Source: a virus
Lineage: Duplodnaviria > Caudoviricetes
Direction: 5' to 3' (one strand)
IMG/VR virus record: IMGVR_UViG_3300037248_000128
Coordinates: 1-59,642 of that record
Length of the DNA: 59,642 bases
Position numbers and translations under genes: made by a program. The stretch's first letter is position 1; every line of letters starts with the position of its first letter. The notes under the pieces were generated by a model. The model was not told where the DNA came from. It did not search any database and worked only from the letters and a program-made list of their open reading frames with translations. Positions 9,217 through 18,772 of the stretch are shown here, piece after piece.

Positions 9217-9464
9217 CGCCACATGACCCAGATCAGGAACAGCAGCACGCCGACGATGGTGAGCCAGACGCCCGGTTTCATGCGATCCCCCGCCACTTCG
9301 CCAGATCGGCGTTCGCCGCCTTGTCCAGCCCAAGCCGAATCAGCAGCGCGCGCTCGGCGCCGTACTTCCATACGAGGACTCTCGCGTGCAGCGACATCTT
9401 CGGAACCGGCGCGAGTTTGAAGGCAGGCGCGGTCATCCTTCGCCAGCTCCTTCTGGGCGGTTCC

Positions 9465-9656
9465 TCACTTCGCTTTCTCGCAGCCGGCGTAGGTGATCAG
9501 CATGTCCTCTATCTGCTCGGCCATGTTGTCGAGACCCGGCTGGTTGTCGATGTAGCCGTCCTCGTAGAGGTCGCGCAGCACGCGCGCGGCGGCGATAAGC
9601 TGCGAGGCTTGCGCGGGTCGGATCAGTGGTTCCCGGGATAAACTCTCATCACTCAT
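9465..9656 (-). CDS. Hypothetical protein
   Basis: 63-aa ORF with GGAG RBS. Confidence 0.6.
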   Translation of the reverse strand: MSDESLSREPLIRPAQASQLIAAARVLRDLYEDGYIDNQPGLDNMAEQIEDMLITYAGCEKAK

Positions 9657-9680
9657 TCTGGTTGTCTCCGCTTGGCTCGA

Positions 9681-9938
9681 TCATCGCGGGCCGCCGAACG
9701 TGGTCTGCGCGTCCTTCGTCAGGCGGTCGGATTGCTCTGGAGTCAGTTCCGCGGGCCGGATTTGCGCCTCAAGGTCTGCGATTTCCTTGTCGATGGCCAG
9801 ACCGCGCGCCCTGATCGCCTTCAGCATCGCGAGGCGGGCGTGCCGCTGCACGATGTCGTGCGCTTCGTAGCAGACCACGCGCTCCTCAGGCGTGGTCCAG
9901 CCGCAGTGGATGATCAGGCGGGCCTCGTCGAGAGTCAT
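9681..9938 (-). CDS. Hypothetical protein
   Basis: MTLDEARLIIHCGW..., GAGG RBS. Confidence 0.55.
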   Translation of the reverse strand: MTLDEARLIIHCGWTTPEERVVCYEAHDIVQRHARLAMLKAIRARGLAIDKEIADLEAQIRPAELTPEQSDRLTKDAQTTFGGPR

Positions 9939-10086
9939 CGCTTCCTCGCACTGAGCTGCGCGCTCACGCTCCAACAACCGCCGATGATCCACACCATCCA
10001 GCCTTCGGGCGTTATGTGAAACAGCCCATATCGTTGCCAGAACAGCACGCAGCCCGTCAGGCCGATTACGATAGCCAGCAGCATCC

Positions 10087-10362
10087 TCACGGCTCCCTCC
10101 GCTCGACAGGTGGGCGCATGAACTCGCGCCGCACCAGTTCGACGAAATGGGGGTCAATCGGAATGCGATTGTCGAGCACGAGTTTCAGCATGGGCATGGG
10201 CGTTTTCCACCGTCGCGTCCGCAAAAGGCTCCGAACCGCCGAGTCGATACGGTCCATGCGCCGCAGCGCCGCCTCGTCTTCGTCCGACATCTCCACATGG
10301 TCCGGCGTCATCCCGTGGGCATCCCAAAGGCGTCGCATCGTTGCATTCGGATGCTCGCTCAT
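10087..10362 (-). CDS. Hypothetical protein
   Basis: Start overlaps the upstream stop. Confidence 0.6.
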   Translation of the reverse strand: MSEHPNATMRRLWDAHGMTPDHVEMSDEDEAALRRMDRIDSAVRSLLRTRRWKTPMPMLKLVLDNRIPIDPHFVELVRREFMRPPVERREP

Positions 10363-10829
10363 TCCTTCGGCGCCTTCTTCTGCCAGTCGAACCAGTCCTT
10401 CGCCTCCGCGTCGACCCAGATCTCACGGTCGCCATCGTAGCCTTTGAGCTTCCGAAACACCGCCAGCGGGGCTCCCGTACGGCCGTCGGTACCCATCGTC
10501 TTCGTCACCATGCCAATAGGCCGCGTGGTACGCCCGGCTGGGCTCGAACCAGCAACCAGACCGTTATGAGCGGCCGGCTCTACCTCTTGAGCTACGGGCG
10601 CTTCGTCGACCGCATCCATCGGATCGATCTTCGGCGCGGCCTTCGCGACAGGCGGCGGCAAAATCGGCGTCTTCGATAGCGCCTTCTTCCCCGAACCCAG
10701 TCCAGCCTCAATCAACTCCACAATCGCGGCCATCCGAGAGCCAGTCCCACGCCAAACCTCAAGGCGCTCAAACACGCTCGCCGGTATCTTCACCAGAACC
10801 GAAACCCGCGCCTCCGCCATCAGGTCCAA
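10359..10829 (-). CDS. Hypothetical protein, RHH-like N-terminus; contains a nested tRNA
   Basis: VSVLVKIPASVFERLEVWRG.GSRMAAIVELIEAGL; overlaps both neighbours. Confidence 0.6.
   Translation of the reverse strand: MDLMAEARVSVLVKIPASVFERLEVWRGTGSRMAAIVELIEAGLGSGKKALSKTPILPPPVAKAAPKIDPMDAVDEAPVAQEVEPAAHNGLVAGSSPAGRTTRPIGMVTKTMGTDGRTGAPLAVFRKLKGYDGDREIWVDAEAKDWFDWQKKAPKE
10526..10601 (-). tRNA. tRNA with CAT anticodon (Ile2-like, or Met)
   Basis: GCGCCCGTAGCTCAAGAGGTAGAGCCGGCCGCTCATAACGGTCTGGTTGCTGGTTCGAGCCCAGCCGGGCGTACCA: 76-nt cloverleaf with encoded CCA. Confidence 0.88.
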
Positions 10830-11221
10830 TCCCCGTATTTGACCGGTTGCACCCGATCACCTGTCGCATATCGCGGCGTCGGGTCATGCGCTCCCGCGCT
10901 CATCGTCCTGATCCGCCCCTCGGCGTTCAGCAGCGCGCCTTCATAAATCGCCTGGATGACCCGATGATCAAAGACGAGCTTTCCCGTCCGACCGTGAGTC
11001 TCTTCGGCAAACGACCGCGACCGGTAGACCAGAACGTCGGCGATCTTTCCGAGCGACCGAAGCGCCTCGCGCGCCCACGCCCGCTCCTTTTCGGTCATCA
11101 CCACGAACGCGTCGCCGTCCTCAAGCAGCTTCATCGCCGCAGTCGAGCGACCAGTCTGACGACACGCATCCTCGTAGACCCGCATCCCCACCATCGCAGC
11201 CGCTTTGATCCCGAAGTCCAC
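10820..11221 (-). CDS. Hypothetical protein (RQTGRST P-loop-like)
   Basis: First gene after the promoter region, 133 aa. Confidence 0.65.
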   Translation of the reverse strand: MDFGIKAAAMVGMRVYEDACRQTGRSTAAMKLLEDGDAFVVMTEKERAWAREALRSLGKIADVLVYRSRSFAEETHGRTGKLVFDHRVIQAIYEGALLNAEGRIRTMSAGAHDPTPRYATGDRVQPVKYGDWT

Positions 11222-11230
11222 CCGTCTCTC

Positions 11231-11305
11231 CCATATATACGTATATACGACAGACCATATATACGGACGCCATATATACGGGTGTCAAGCGGTTTCGTAT
11301 ATACG
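11231..11305 (-). promoter_or_regulatory. Leftward promoter with clustered TATATACG operator-like repeats
   Basis: TTGACA on minus strand at 11283-11288; five TATATACG copies including palindromic CGTATATACG. Confidence 0.6.
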
Positions 11306-11903
11306 GGCGATTTTTGGGACGGGTCTAAGGTGACGCCCTCGCGCCGTTCAGGACCGCGACCCAACGCCCGGCCGATCCGCGGCGCCTGCTCGAGCCCTGC
11401 CTGGCCGCAACGCCTTGCAGAACAAGGGTTTGCGCGGTTCTGCATGCTGAGTCGCTTGTGGTCGCGTGAGCTGGCGATTAGGAATGCTTTACGCTGTAAC
11501 GGTCGCGTGAACTTCGCGTCTAATCTCGTTTATGCGCACCGTTATCAGGCATTCGCAGGCCTGCTTTGAGCCTTCGCTAAGTCGATCCGCCGCGCGTCGA
11601 TTGCTCTACGATCTAAGCGGCTTTCTGACGGCTCGGTTAGTCTTGCTCGCATTGCGGTGCAGCGACGGCGTTACTTGCTGGCGCAATGCCGATGCTAAGC
11701 GAAATGGCGACGCGTGGAAAGCCGGTGGCGTCGTACCGCTATTCCCTCGCCTCTCACACGTACGCGCGTGTACGCGTAGCTATGCGTACGAACGGCTATG
11801 CGAAACGGCTAGCGCTTCGGTTTGTTTAGGCTGAAGGGAGGTTGAGAGGTGGGAGGATAGGCCTGAAGCTCGGAGATTGCTGGTTAGGCTTACGTTTGCG
11901 GCG

Positions 11904-12362
11904 CTATGTGAGCAGGGATGCGGGCGCCTTGGGTGGTTTGGGGGTTCGGTAGCGGTCGGGTGACTGGTGCGGGATTAGCGGACCTTGAGGCGTCTCGGTT
12001 GAGGGGAGTGAGACTTCGATCGCTCGGGCTCGCCGTATGGCGTTTGTGGTCGCGGCGCCGGCTTTCTGGGCGAATTTGATATGCGTTAGCCGATTGTCGC
12101 GGGCGTGCTTGTAGGCCGCGAGCTCGGCTTGTGACGCATTGAATATGCGGAGAATCGTTTCGCGATGATGGCGCCAGGTCGGTCTATGGGCTCGAGCGAC
12201 GGCGAATAGCTGATCGTCGGCTATGGGAAGCGGTTTGCAGTCGGTTCGCCAGAAATGTTCAAAGAGGCTCCAGAGCATGCCGCGGCCGGCGACGGGAAGC
12301 GCGATATAGTCGGGATTCTCGAAGATCCCCTGAACGGGAAGCGGCCAGAGCTTTTTAGGCAT
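11904..12362 (-). CDS. YdaU/DUF1376-like replication protein
   Basis: GMLWSLFEHFWRTDCKPLPIADDQLFAVAR pattern. Confidence 0.65.
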   Translation of the reverse strand: MPKKLWPLPVQGIFENPDYIALPVAGRGMLWSLFEHFWRTDCKPLPIADDQLFAVARAHRPTWRHHRETILRIFNASQAELAAYKHARDNRLTHIKFAQKAGAATTNAIRRARAIEVSLPSTETPQGPLIPHQSPDRYRTPKPPKAPASLLT

Positions 12363-12693
12363 GGTTTTAGGTTAAATTTACGGATAGGCGTTGACAAGTT
12401 CTCGCGTCGGGCGCATGGAAAGAGCGTGGCGACGGGCCACAAACCGAAGGGAATGGACCCTATGACAAAGCCAACCAACATCCCGCCGAACGGAGCGCTG
12501 ATCCGCTTCACTCGCCAACCGCGCTGCTCTTACGCCCGCGTCGGCGGATTCGAGGTGTGCGGCAAGATCGGCGAGCAAGACATCGGCCAGCACATTTGCG
12601 ACGCGCTGACTGTGCGCTTCACTGGCCGAATGAACCCGCGCCCTTAGCGCTCCAGCGGCATCAGCCGCGCAAACAGTGGAAAGGACCACGAAA

Positions 12694-13074
12694 ATGGACA
12701 TTTACGAGCAACACGACAAAGCATTCTCGCGCGTCTCGGCATGGATCGTGCTGAAGGACGGCGAGCGCGTCGCGACGGTCGCGATTAAATATCCGGCCGA
12801 TGGCGCGGGTCGTCTCTGGGCCTACTGCCACCTGATCGGCTTGCCGATGGAACGCGGCTATTCGGGCGGGTACGGCTACGACAAGCGGTCGCCCGCAGTC
12901 GCCAGCGCGTTCGCCAAAGCGCATCGGCGCGACTCGGACTCGCGGCCGGTTGAGGCGATGGACGACACGCTTGCGAACGCTGCGGCGATCAATGCCGCGC
13001 TCGCTGGCGATAGTGGCGAGTACTGGGATCGTCGGCTCGAGAACGCCGGCTTCACCGTGCTGCAGGCGGTTTGA
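12694..13074 (+). CDS. Early hypothetical protein
   Basis: AAGGA RBS; GYSGGYGYDKRS motif. Confidence 0.7.
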   Translation: MDIYEQHDKAFSRVSAWIVLKDGERVATVAIKYPADGAGRLWAYCHLIGLPMERGYSGGYGYDKRSPAVASAFAKAHRRDSDSRPVEAMDDTLANAAAINAALAGDSGEYWDRRLENAGFTVLQAV

Positions 13075-13075
13075 C

Positions 13076-13711
13076 GTGACCGAATCCGCCTTCAATCTCT
13101 ACCGCATCGCGTGCGCCAGCCATCGAAGGGCGGACTGGCGTCGCGCTGCAATCGCCTTGGCGGACGCGCTAGAGCGGCTTGAGGCTGAACGCGCGTTGCC
13201 GCATATCCCTGAGACTGCTTATGCGGCTCCGGCCGCTTACGAGACGCTGCAAGCGCCGAATGGTAGACGGCTCGGCGCCGAACCGGTGCGGACGAATCCG
13301 GAGGGCCGTGAGAGTCGGCCCACTTCACCCGAAATGGACTTACCGGACGCGCTCGAGGCGCAAGAGCGTGCTGGCGTCGCGCCGCCGCGGCCGATCCGCA
13401 AGCCGTCGCTGATCAAGTTCCTGGCCGATACGGGCGGGATCCGTGACGACGGCGGCGAGCTCGCGAACCGCGACCTGCAGCTTTGGCATCGGTTCAAGCC
13501 GTTCCAGCGCCGACTCTTGAACCCGAACGGCCGCAGCATGGAGCACGCGGCGGAGGCGGCTTGGGAAGCCGGCTTTTGGGGCCGCGACTTGCCGGCGCGC
13601 GGCGAATGCCCGGTCGACTCGGCGATGCTTATGGATGCGATCGAGCGCGAGCTGCGATCGGACGACTTTCACGCCTTGGAGCCCGAGGAGATCGAACAAT
13701 GGAACGCCTGA
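13076..13711 (+). CDS. Hypothetical protein
   Basis: GTG start after upstream stop; SLIKFLADTGGI...AAEAAWEAGF. Confidence 0.65.
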   Translation: MTESAFNLYRIACASHRRADWRRAAIALADALERLEAERALPHIPETAYAAPAAYETLQAPNGRRLGAEPVRTNPEGRESRPTSPEMDLPDALEAQERAGVAPPRPIRKPSLIKFLADTGGIRDDGGELANRDLQLWHRFKPFQRRLLNPNGRSMEHAAEAAWEAGFWGRDLPARGECPVDSAMLMDAIERELRSDDFHALEPEEIEQWNA

Positions 13712-13896
13712 AAAGCGAACCGGTGCGCCTCGCGGACGGCGTGGCTCGCCAAATGCTTGTGCCAGGCGTCAAGCCGGTGTCGCTGACGGCGCGCGAGATT
13801 GCGCTTGAGCGTGAGCGTCGGAACGCTAGGCGCGGTCATGCGCCAGCGGGCGGCATGTTCGATGAATGCGAAACCAAGCAAGGGAGGTTGCTCTAA
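13699..13896 (+). CDS. Hypothetical protein
   Basis: Overlaps both neighbours. Confidence 0.5.
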   Translation: MERLKSEPVRLADGVARQMLVPGVKPVSLTAREIALERERRNARRGHAPAGGMFDECETKQGRLL

Positions 13897-14414
13897 TGGG
13901 ACTCGACATCACGGCCTATCGTCACATCCGCGCGGCGCCGAGGGCCGCCGTCGATAGTGAGGGCTACCCCGTCAAATGGGAGAAGTATGGCCGCCTCTTT
14001 CCGAATGATGCGGCGTTCGCCGGGCGCGAGGCGGGACTCAAGCTGGCGCCCAAGGCCGTATTCGCTTGGGCTGAAGAACTGCGGTTCCGCGCCGGTAGCT
14101 ACAGCGGTTATGGCGAATGGCGCGACGAGCTGGCGCGGCTCGCTGGATACGAACCGGTCGACGGGCTTACGCATCCATACGCTCGCGGGGCGTGGGACGC
14201 CGCTAACGGCCCATTCTGGGAGCTGATCAACTTCGCTGACTGCGAGGGCGTCATCGGCCCTGTGGTCGCGGCGAAACTGGTCGACGACTTCGACCGGTAC
14301 GCCGAGAGGGCCGCTGAGCACAAGGAAGGCTGGTTTCGCGACCTCTACAAGACATGGCGCGACGCTTTCGCGATGGCGGCTGACGGCGGCGACGGCTGCG
14401 TGGTGTTCCACTGA
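13896..14414 (+). CDS. Conserved phage protein (MGLD-type N-terminus)
   Basis: GGAGG RBS; MGLDITAY...FRAGSYSGY..WR...LINFADCEGVIG. Confidence 0.75.
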   Translation: MGLDITAYRHIRAAPRAAVDSEGYPVKWEKYGRLFPNDAAFAGREAGLKLAPKAVFAWAEELRFRAGSYSGYGEWRDELARLAGYEPVDGLTHPYARGAWDAANGPFWELINFADCEGVIGPVVAAKLVDDFDRYAERAAEHKEGWFRDLYKTWRDAFAMAADGGDGCVVFH

Positions 14415-14556
14415 TGCACGTTCATTTCGAATGGAACGCCAAGCGCGACCGGTTCGAGCGGAAGCTGTTCGACCACTACGAACTGCAGGCGATGACGATC
14501 GCCGCCGCATTGGTCGGCGCGCCGCTTGTGACGCTCGCGCTGGTCGCGCTGTTCAA

Positions 14557-14793
14557 ATGACCCCGACCCGCGCCGTTGTGACCGCCGCCGAGGCGCTGTT
14601 GCCAGGCGTCAACACCGAGGAGCTGTCGGCTATGGCACGCGTGAACCCCAGGACCGCTAGGCGGCTGCTGGCGGCGGCGAAGGGCGGGGACGACATACCA
14701 AGCGCCCGAGGCGTGGCGGCGGCGCTGCATGACCGGCTTACGGCCGCGCTGGTGTATCTTGAGCCGTTCAAGAGGGGGGCGCCGCATGCTTAA
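14557..14793 (+). CDS. Small HTH-like protein
   Basis: EELSAMARVNPRTARRL. Confidence 0.55.
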   Translation: MTPTRAVVTAAEALLPGVNTEELSAMARVNPRTARRLLAAAKGGDDIPSARGVAAALHDRLTAALVYLEPFKRGAPHA

Positions 14794-14962
14794 GTTCTGG
14801 CTCAAGGTGCTGGCCGTGCTGGTCGCGTGGCTCGTGATGGGCGGCGGCATCGGGATCGTGTCGGAGTTCTGGCTTATCGCGCAAGCGGCGACCTTTGCGC
14901 TGTCGCTTTGGGTCGCGTTCGGCGTCGCGCTTGCGATCATGGATACGGAGGGGGCGAAATGA
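14786..14962 (+). CDS. Small membrane protein
   Basis: Two hydrophobic helices. Confidence 0.55.
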   Translation: MLKFWLKVLAVLVAWLVMGGGIGIVSEFWLIAQAATFALSLWVAFGVALAIMDTEGAK

Positions 14963-15117
14963 GGCAACCACTACGACCGGACGACGCCGTGATTTTCGCG
15001 GTCGGCATTCTCGCCGGCTTCGTGATCATCGCTGCTGGCGGGCTGCTCGCTTGGGCGCTGGCGGTGCCTCTGGGCTCGCGCGCGCTATGCTCTAGCGCTC
15101 ATTCTGGCGGCGCTATC

Positions 15118-15375
15118 GTGACCTTCCGCGCCGTCTCTGGCTCCGTCATGTGGGACTCAACCACGCTGGACCGCGAGTCGGTCATGCGGCTGCTTGGGCT
15201 GTTCGAGCGCGCGGCGGGCGAGGCGGCCCGCGATGGCGACCGGCCGTCCATGCTGGTCGCGGCGAGCCTTTGGGCTGAACTGCACTGCGCAGCGGTCTCG
15301 GCTGGCGCGATTGCCCTGCGGCCCAGCCTTGACGCGCGGCTGGACGGCGCGAGCGGGTTCTACGTCATAGGGTAG
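15118..15375 (+). CDS. Hypothetical protein
   Basis: C-terminal part of ORF 14827..15375; start uncertain. Confidence 0.4.
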   Translation: MTFRAVSGSVMWDSTTLDRESVMRLLGLFERAAGEAARDGDRPSMLVAASLWAELHCAAVSAGAIALRPSLDARLDGASGFYVIG

Positions 15376-15511
15376 GCGCCGGGGCTTCTCGGCGATTGGC
15401 GGTACGATCATGGCCAAAACGCGCGCCACGCCCGCCAGAGAGACGACCTCACCGAGCCTCGCAGCGTCGCCCCGGCTGGGCGCTGTTTGAAGTGCGAGGC
15501 GCGCGAACTGG

Positions 15512-16390
15512 TTAGCTGATCGTGACCGAGACTTCGGCCGACTGAGGCGGCGTCGAGGAGTCGGTGACGGTGATGGCGCCCGTTTCCGCCGCCGCCGGCG
15601 CGCCCGCGACTTCACCAGTCGCCGTCACGGTGACGTCGCCGAGGCCCGAGGCGTACGTGTACGGGGGAGTCCCGCCGCTGGCCACGATCGGGACCGAGAT
15701 GGACTGGCCCACGCCACTTGAGATGGAGGGCGGGCTTAGCGTCAAAGGGGACGGGGCCGCGACCGCGATGGTGACCGCAACCGTCGCCGTTTGGGGCGGC
15801 GTCGAGGAATCCGTCACCGTGATCGTTCCGGTTTCGGCCGAGGTCGGCGCGCCGCTGACTTCGCCGCCAGCGTTGACGGTCACGTCCGCAAGGCTGGAAC
15901 TGAAGGTGTAGGGCGCGGTGCCGCCGCTCGGAACGAGCGTGGTGCTGATCGACTGGCCGACGCCGCTTGCGACGGACGCTGGGCTGACGGCGAGCGCGGG
16001 AGGCGGCGGCAGAGAGCTGGAAACCGAGGTCGAGGTCGACGTGGAAACGCCGCTGAGCGAACTCGACACGCCCGTAAGCGAGCTGACGGTCGACAGAAGG
16101 CTGGACACCTGAGTCGACAGGCTCGCCGTCGCGGTGGAGATCTGCGACTGCGCGTCGGCTTGGTCGGTCGCGATCTGGCTGGCCAGCGAAGACGACAGCG
16201 CCGCTTGGTCTGTGGCGACTTGCGTCGACAGCGCCGAAGACAGCGTAACCGCGTCCGCGGCCTGCGTGGTCGAAACCGCCGATGACACGGCGCTCGACAC
16301 GTCGGTCGAAATATCGCTCGCCAGCGCGGCGGCGAGTGCGTCCAGTTCGGCGCCCAGCGCCGAAAGAGCGGTGAAGTCCAAATTCAGCAT
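15512..16390 (-). CDS. Ser/Thr-rich protein with two tandem Ig-like domains
   Basis: Duplicated ~80-aa unit SGVGQSIS..SGGT.PYT...GEV.GAP..AETG.ITVTDSSTPPQ. Confidence 0.75.
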   Translation of the reverse strand: MLNLDFTALSALGAELDALAAALASDISTDVSSAVSSAVSTTQAADAVTLSSALSTQVATDQAALSSSLASQIATDQADAQSQISTATASLSTQVSSLLSTVSSLTGVSSSLSGVSTSTSTSVSSSLPPPPALAVSPASVASGVGQSISTTLVPSGGTAPYTFSSSLADVTVNAGGEVSGAPTSAETGTITVTDSSTPPQTATVAVTIAVAAPSPLTLSPPSISSGVGQSISVPIVASGGTPPYTYASGLGDVTVTATGEVAGAPAAAETGAITVTDSSTPPQSAEVSVTIS

Positions 16391-16536
16391 GTCCCAGGCC
16401 CTCGCCTCTAGATGTTCAATCATCCGAACGACGAGGCGCTCAATGTCGCGGGCGATGTGCTCGAGGCGGCGTGGCTCGTCCATGACTCCCTAATGCTCCA
16501 CTTTCATCTCAGTTTCTAGACAGCGGCGTTATGTCG

Positions 16537-17043
16537 CTAGAGCATGTCGATCAGGTCGGCGGGGTCGACGCGGCGCGGCGGCAGCGGGCGGCTTTCCGGC
16601 GCGGGCTTCGGCAGCATCGCGCGCAGCTCGGCGGAGATTCCCGTTCCATCTGTGCGGGCTTGGATGCTCGGCACGCCGCGGAACAGCTCACGATCGCGCG
16701 CCGCCTTCGCCTCGAACGCCTCGCGCATGTCGATCAGCATCCCGCGAACCATCGGCAGTTCGGCCGCTTCGATGCGCTTGCGCTCTGGCGGCCCGGCCAC
16801 CACGCGACCGTTGGGGCTGACGAGCGTGATTCCAAGCGCGCGAAGCATCGTCATCGCATCGAAGTTCTGCGCGACTCGGTCGAACGCGATGTTGGTTTTC
16901 GTGATCAGGCGACGGTTCACCAGCGTCGCGCCCGACAGGTAGCTGTCGGCGAACGCTACCGACGTTTTGCCGGCCATCTCCTGCCAGAACGGCAGCGCCA
17001 CGGTCAGCGGAAGCTTCGGTTGCAAGTCAACGTCGTCGGTCAT
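16537..17043 (-). CDS. Hypothetical protein (replication operon)
   Basis: ATGA-coupled to the initiator-like gene. Confidence 0.65.
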   Translation of the reverse strand: MTDDVDLQPKLPLTVALPFWQEMAGKTSVAFADSYLSGATLVNRRLITKTNIAFDRVAQNFDAMTMLRALGITLVSPNGRVVAGPPERKRIEAAELPMVRGMLIDMREAFEAKAARDRELFRGVPSIQARTDGTGISAELRAMLPKPAPESRPLPPRRVDPADLIDML

Positions 17044-17672
17044 GATTCATCCAGAATTGAATTGAGAAGGGCGAGTCGGTCTTCCTCTCTACCTGGCAAC
17101 GGTAGCGGCTCATGCCGGGCGCGGCTCGGCATGGTGGAGTGTTCAGCCTCGTCCAGCCAACTATCGGAGTTCAGCCAGCTCGCTGGATAAAGCACCTTGT
17201 CCCGCGGTCGGCTGGCCGTTTCCCGAGAATACCGCTCAGCAACCGCGATTAACGATTCGACGGTTGCTCCCCGGTTTAGGGCCGCCAGAAACGCCCGCTC
17301 AGCGTCTCGTGGCTTTTTGTGTATCGGGTAAACCCTGTACCACCGATCAAAATCGGGCCGGTGGCCGTTCAATTTGGAACCATGAGCCCCCGTAGGGGGC
17401 GAAGGAGGAAATGGGAGAGGTTGAGTTTTTGAAGGGGGTGTGGGGGAAACTTTTTCCTTGGGGAGGGGTCCGGCATTGTCCGCGGACAGTCCCGTGACCG
17501 TCCCGTGACCGTCCCGTGACTTCGCTCTATTACGTTGTTTTCTTTCACGTTCTATAGCGCGCTTGGATTCGATGATCGCCTCTTTTTCCTCAATCGCACG
17601 CACCGCAATCACGATTGCGGCCATAGGCGCGCCAGCTTCGGTCATCGCTTGGATGAGATCCGCGACGCTCAT
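17040..17672 (-). CDS. Replication initiator-like protein
   Basis: FDRWYRVYP...YPASWLNSDSWLDE C-terminal motif; internal direct repeats. Confidence 0.7.
   Translation of the reverse strand: MSVADLIQAMTEAGAPMAAIVIAVRAIEEKEAIIESKRAIERERKQRNRAKSRDGHGTVTGLSADNAGPLPKEKVSPTPPSKTQPLPFPPSPPTGAHGSKLNGHRPDFDRWYRVYPIHKKPRDAERAFLAALNRGATVESLIAVAERYSRETASRPRDKVLYPASWLNSDSWLDEAEHSTMPSRARHEPLPLPGREEDRLALLNSILDES
17477..17520. repeat. Palindrome plus three tandem GTCCCGTGAC(C) copies (iteron-like)
   Basis: TGTCCGCGGACA at 17477-17488; repeats at 17489, 17500, 17511. Confidence 0.7.
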
Positions 17673-18163
17673 TGCGTCGGTTTCTCCATGCCGAGCATCG
17701 CTCGAATATTGTCCTGAGTTTCAGCTTCATAGCCGGACGCCGCTAAAATCTCCTCCATAGCCCAATCAAGGGTGGGTGCGCTGTTGACCGCGCGAATGAG
17801 TCGCGTCGGGTTGAACGGGGCATTAGCGCCAACGAGTTGGAGAGCCTCAAAGATGTGACTGAGCGTAAGGCCCGCATCGTGAAAGCGAGCGATCAAATCG
17901 CAGACGATAAGTCCCTCTGCAGCCCACTCGCGGTAGCCAAAAATTGGCTGTAGTTCGTTAGCAGCTTTGCCAAGATTGCAGTCTTGGCAGGCTGTGGCGA
18001 GGTTGCGCGGTTCGTTCGTTCCGCCGGACGCTACCGGTTTTACGTGGTCGACGTGGAGTCGGACATCAGCGTCGTTCACACTGGCGCCACAGTATCGGCA
18101 TCGGAACCCGTCGCGCTCCAAGATAGCGAAGCGTAGTTGCAGCGGCACTGAGCGCCTACGCAT
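17669..18163 (-). CDS. HNH endonuclease (Zn-binding type)
   Basis: RDGFRCRYCG...LHVDHVKPVASGG..NLATACQDCNLGK. Confidence 0.9.
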   Translation of the reverse strand: MRRRSVPLQLRFAILERDGFRCRYCGASVNDADVRLHVDHVKPVASGGTNEPRNLATACQDCNLGKAANELQPIFGYREWAAEGLIVCDLIARFHDAGLTLSHIFEALQLVGANAPFNPTRLIRAVNSAPTLDWAMEEILAASGYEAETQDNIRAMLGMEKPTQ

Positions 18164-18434
18164 TGGCCCGCGCCTCGTACCGCTGGAAAGCGACAACGCA
18201 CGTCGAGTGGTCTCGGTTGAAGAACTGGCCGATCCGCGGGTAGGTCCATCCCTTGGCGCGCAGATGGGCGATGGCTTCGTCGCGGGCGCGGACGATGTGC
18301 CGGTCGCGATTGGCGGATCGAATGTCGCCGATCGTGAGCCCGTGCCAGCGGGCTATCTCAACCAGCTCTTCACACGTCCGCTCGTACGGCGTCTTGAAAA
18401 CGCAATGTTCGGAGGGTATTTCTAGGCCAGTCAT
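18156..18434 (-). CDS. DnaA C-terminal domain-like HTH protein
   Basis: IVRARDEAI..LR..TYPRIGQFFNRDHST. Confidence 0.75.
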   Translation of the reverse strand: MTGLEIPSEHCVFKTPYERTCEELVEIARWHGLTIGDIRSANRDRHIVRARDEAIAHLRAKGWTYPRIGQFFNRDHSTCVVAFQRYEARANA

Positions 18435-18526
18435 GGCGCGCTGAGGTCCAGCAAAATTAAGCGCGTCCTGTGATTAGGACGGCGGGACTGGCGCTGCTAA
18501 CGCCTCCCCCGTCCGTCACACTGCCC

Positions 18527-18772
18527 TCACGAATCGCCTAGAGCAAGCCAGCGCCGCTGGTGCGGCAAAAACGAATCTGGCGCGTGTTCCGTGCAGAACC
18601 ACGTCCGCCCAAAATCGTCGGAATAGTGTGCCGAGCCGCCGCCGACCCTACATATATGGCCACCGACCTCCGCCGCCCTCCGGCACGGCACGGGCGCCGC
18701 GTCGAATGCGTCGAGCGGATCAAGGGGCGCGGTAACGTAAATTTGATCGAACGCGTCTAGGGGGTCAGACAT
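18527..18772 (-). CDS. Hypothetical protein
   Basis: 81 aa, WFCTEH motif. Confidence 0.55.
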   Translation of the reverse strand: MSDPLDAFDQIYVTAPLDPLDAFDAAPVPCRRAAEVGGHICRVGGGSAHYSDDFGRTWFCTEHAPDSFLPHQRRWLALGDS

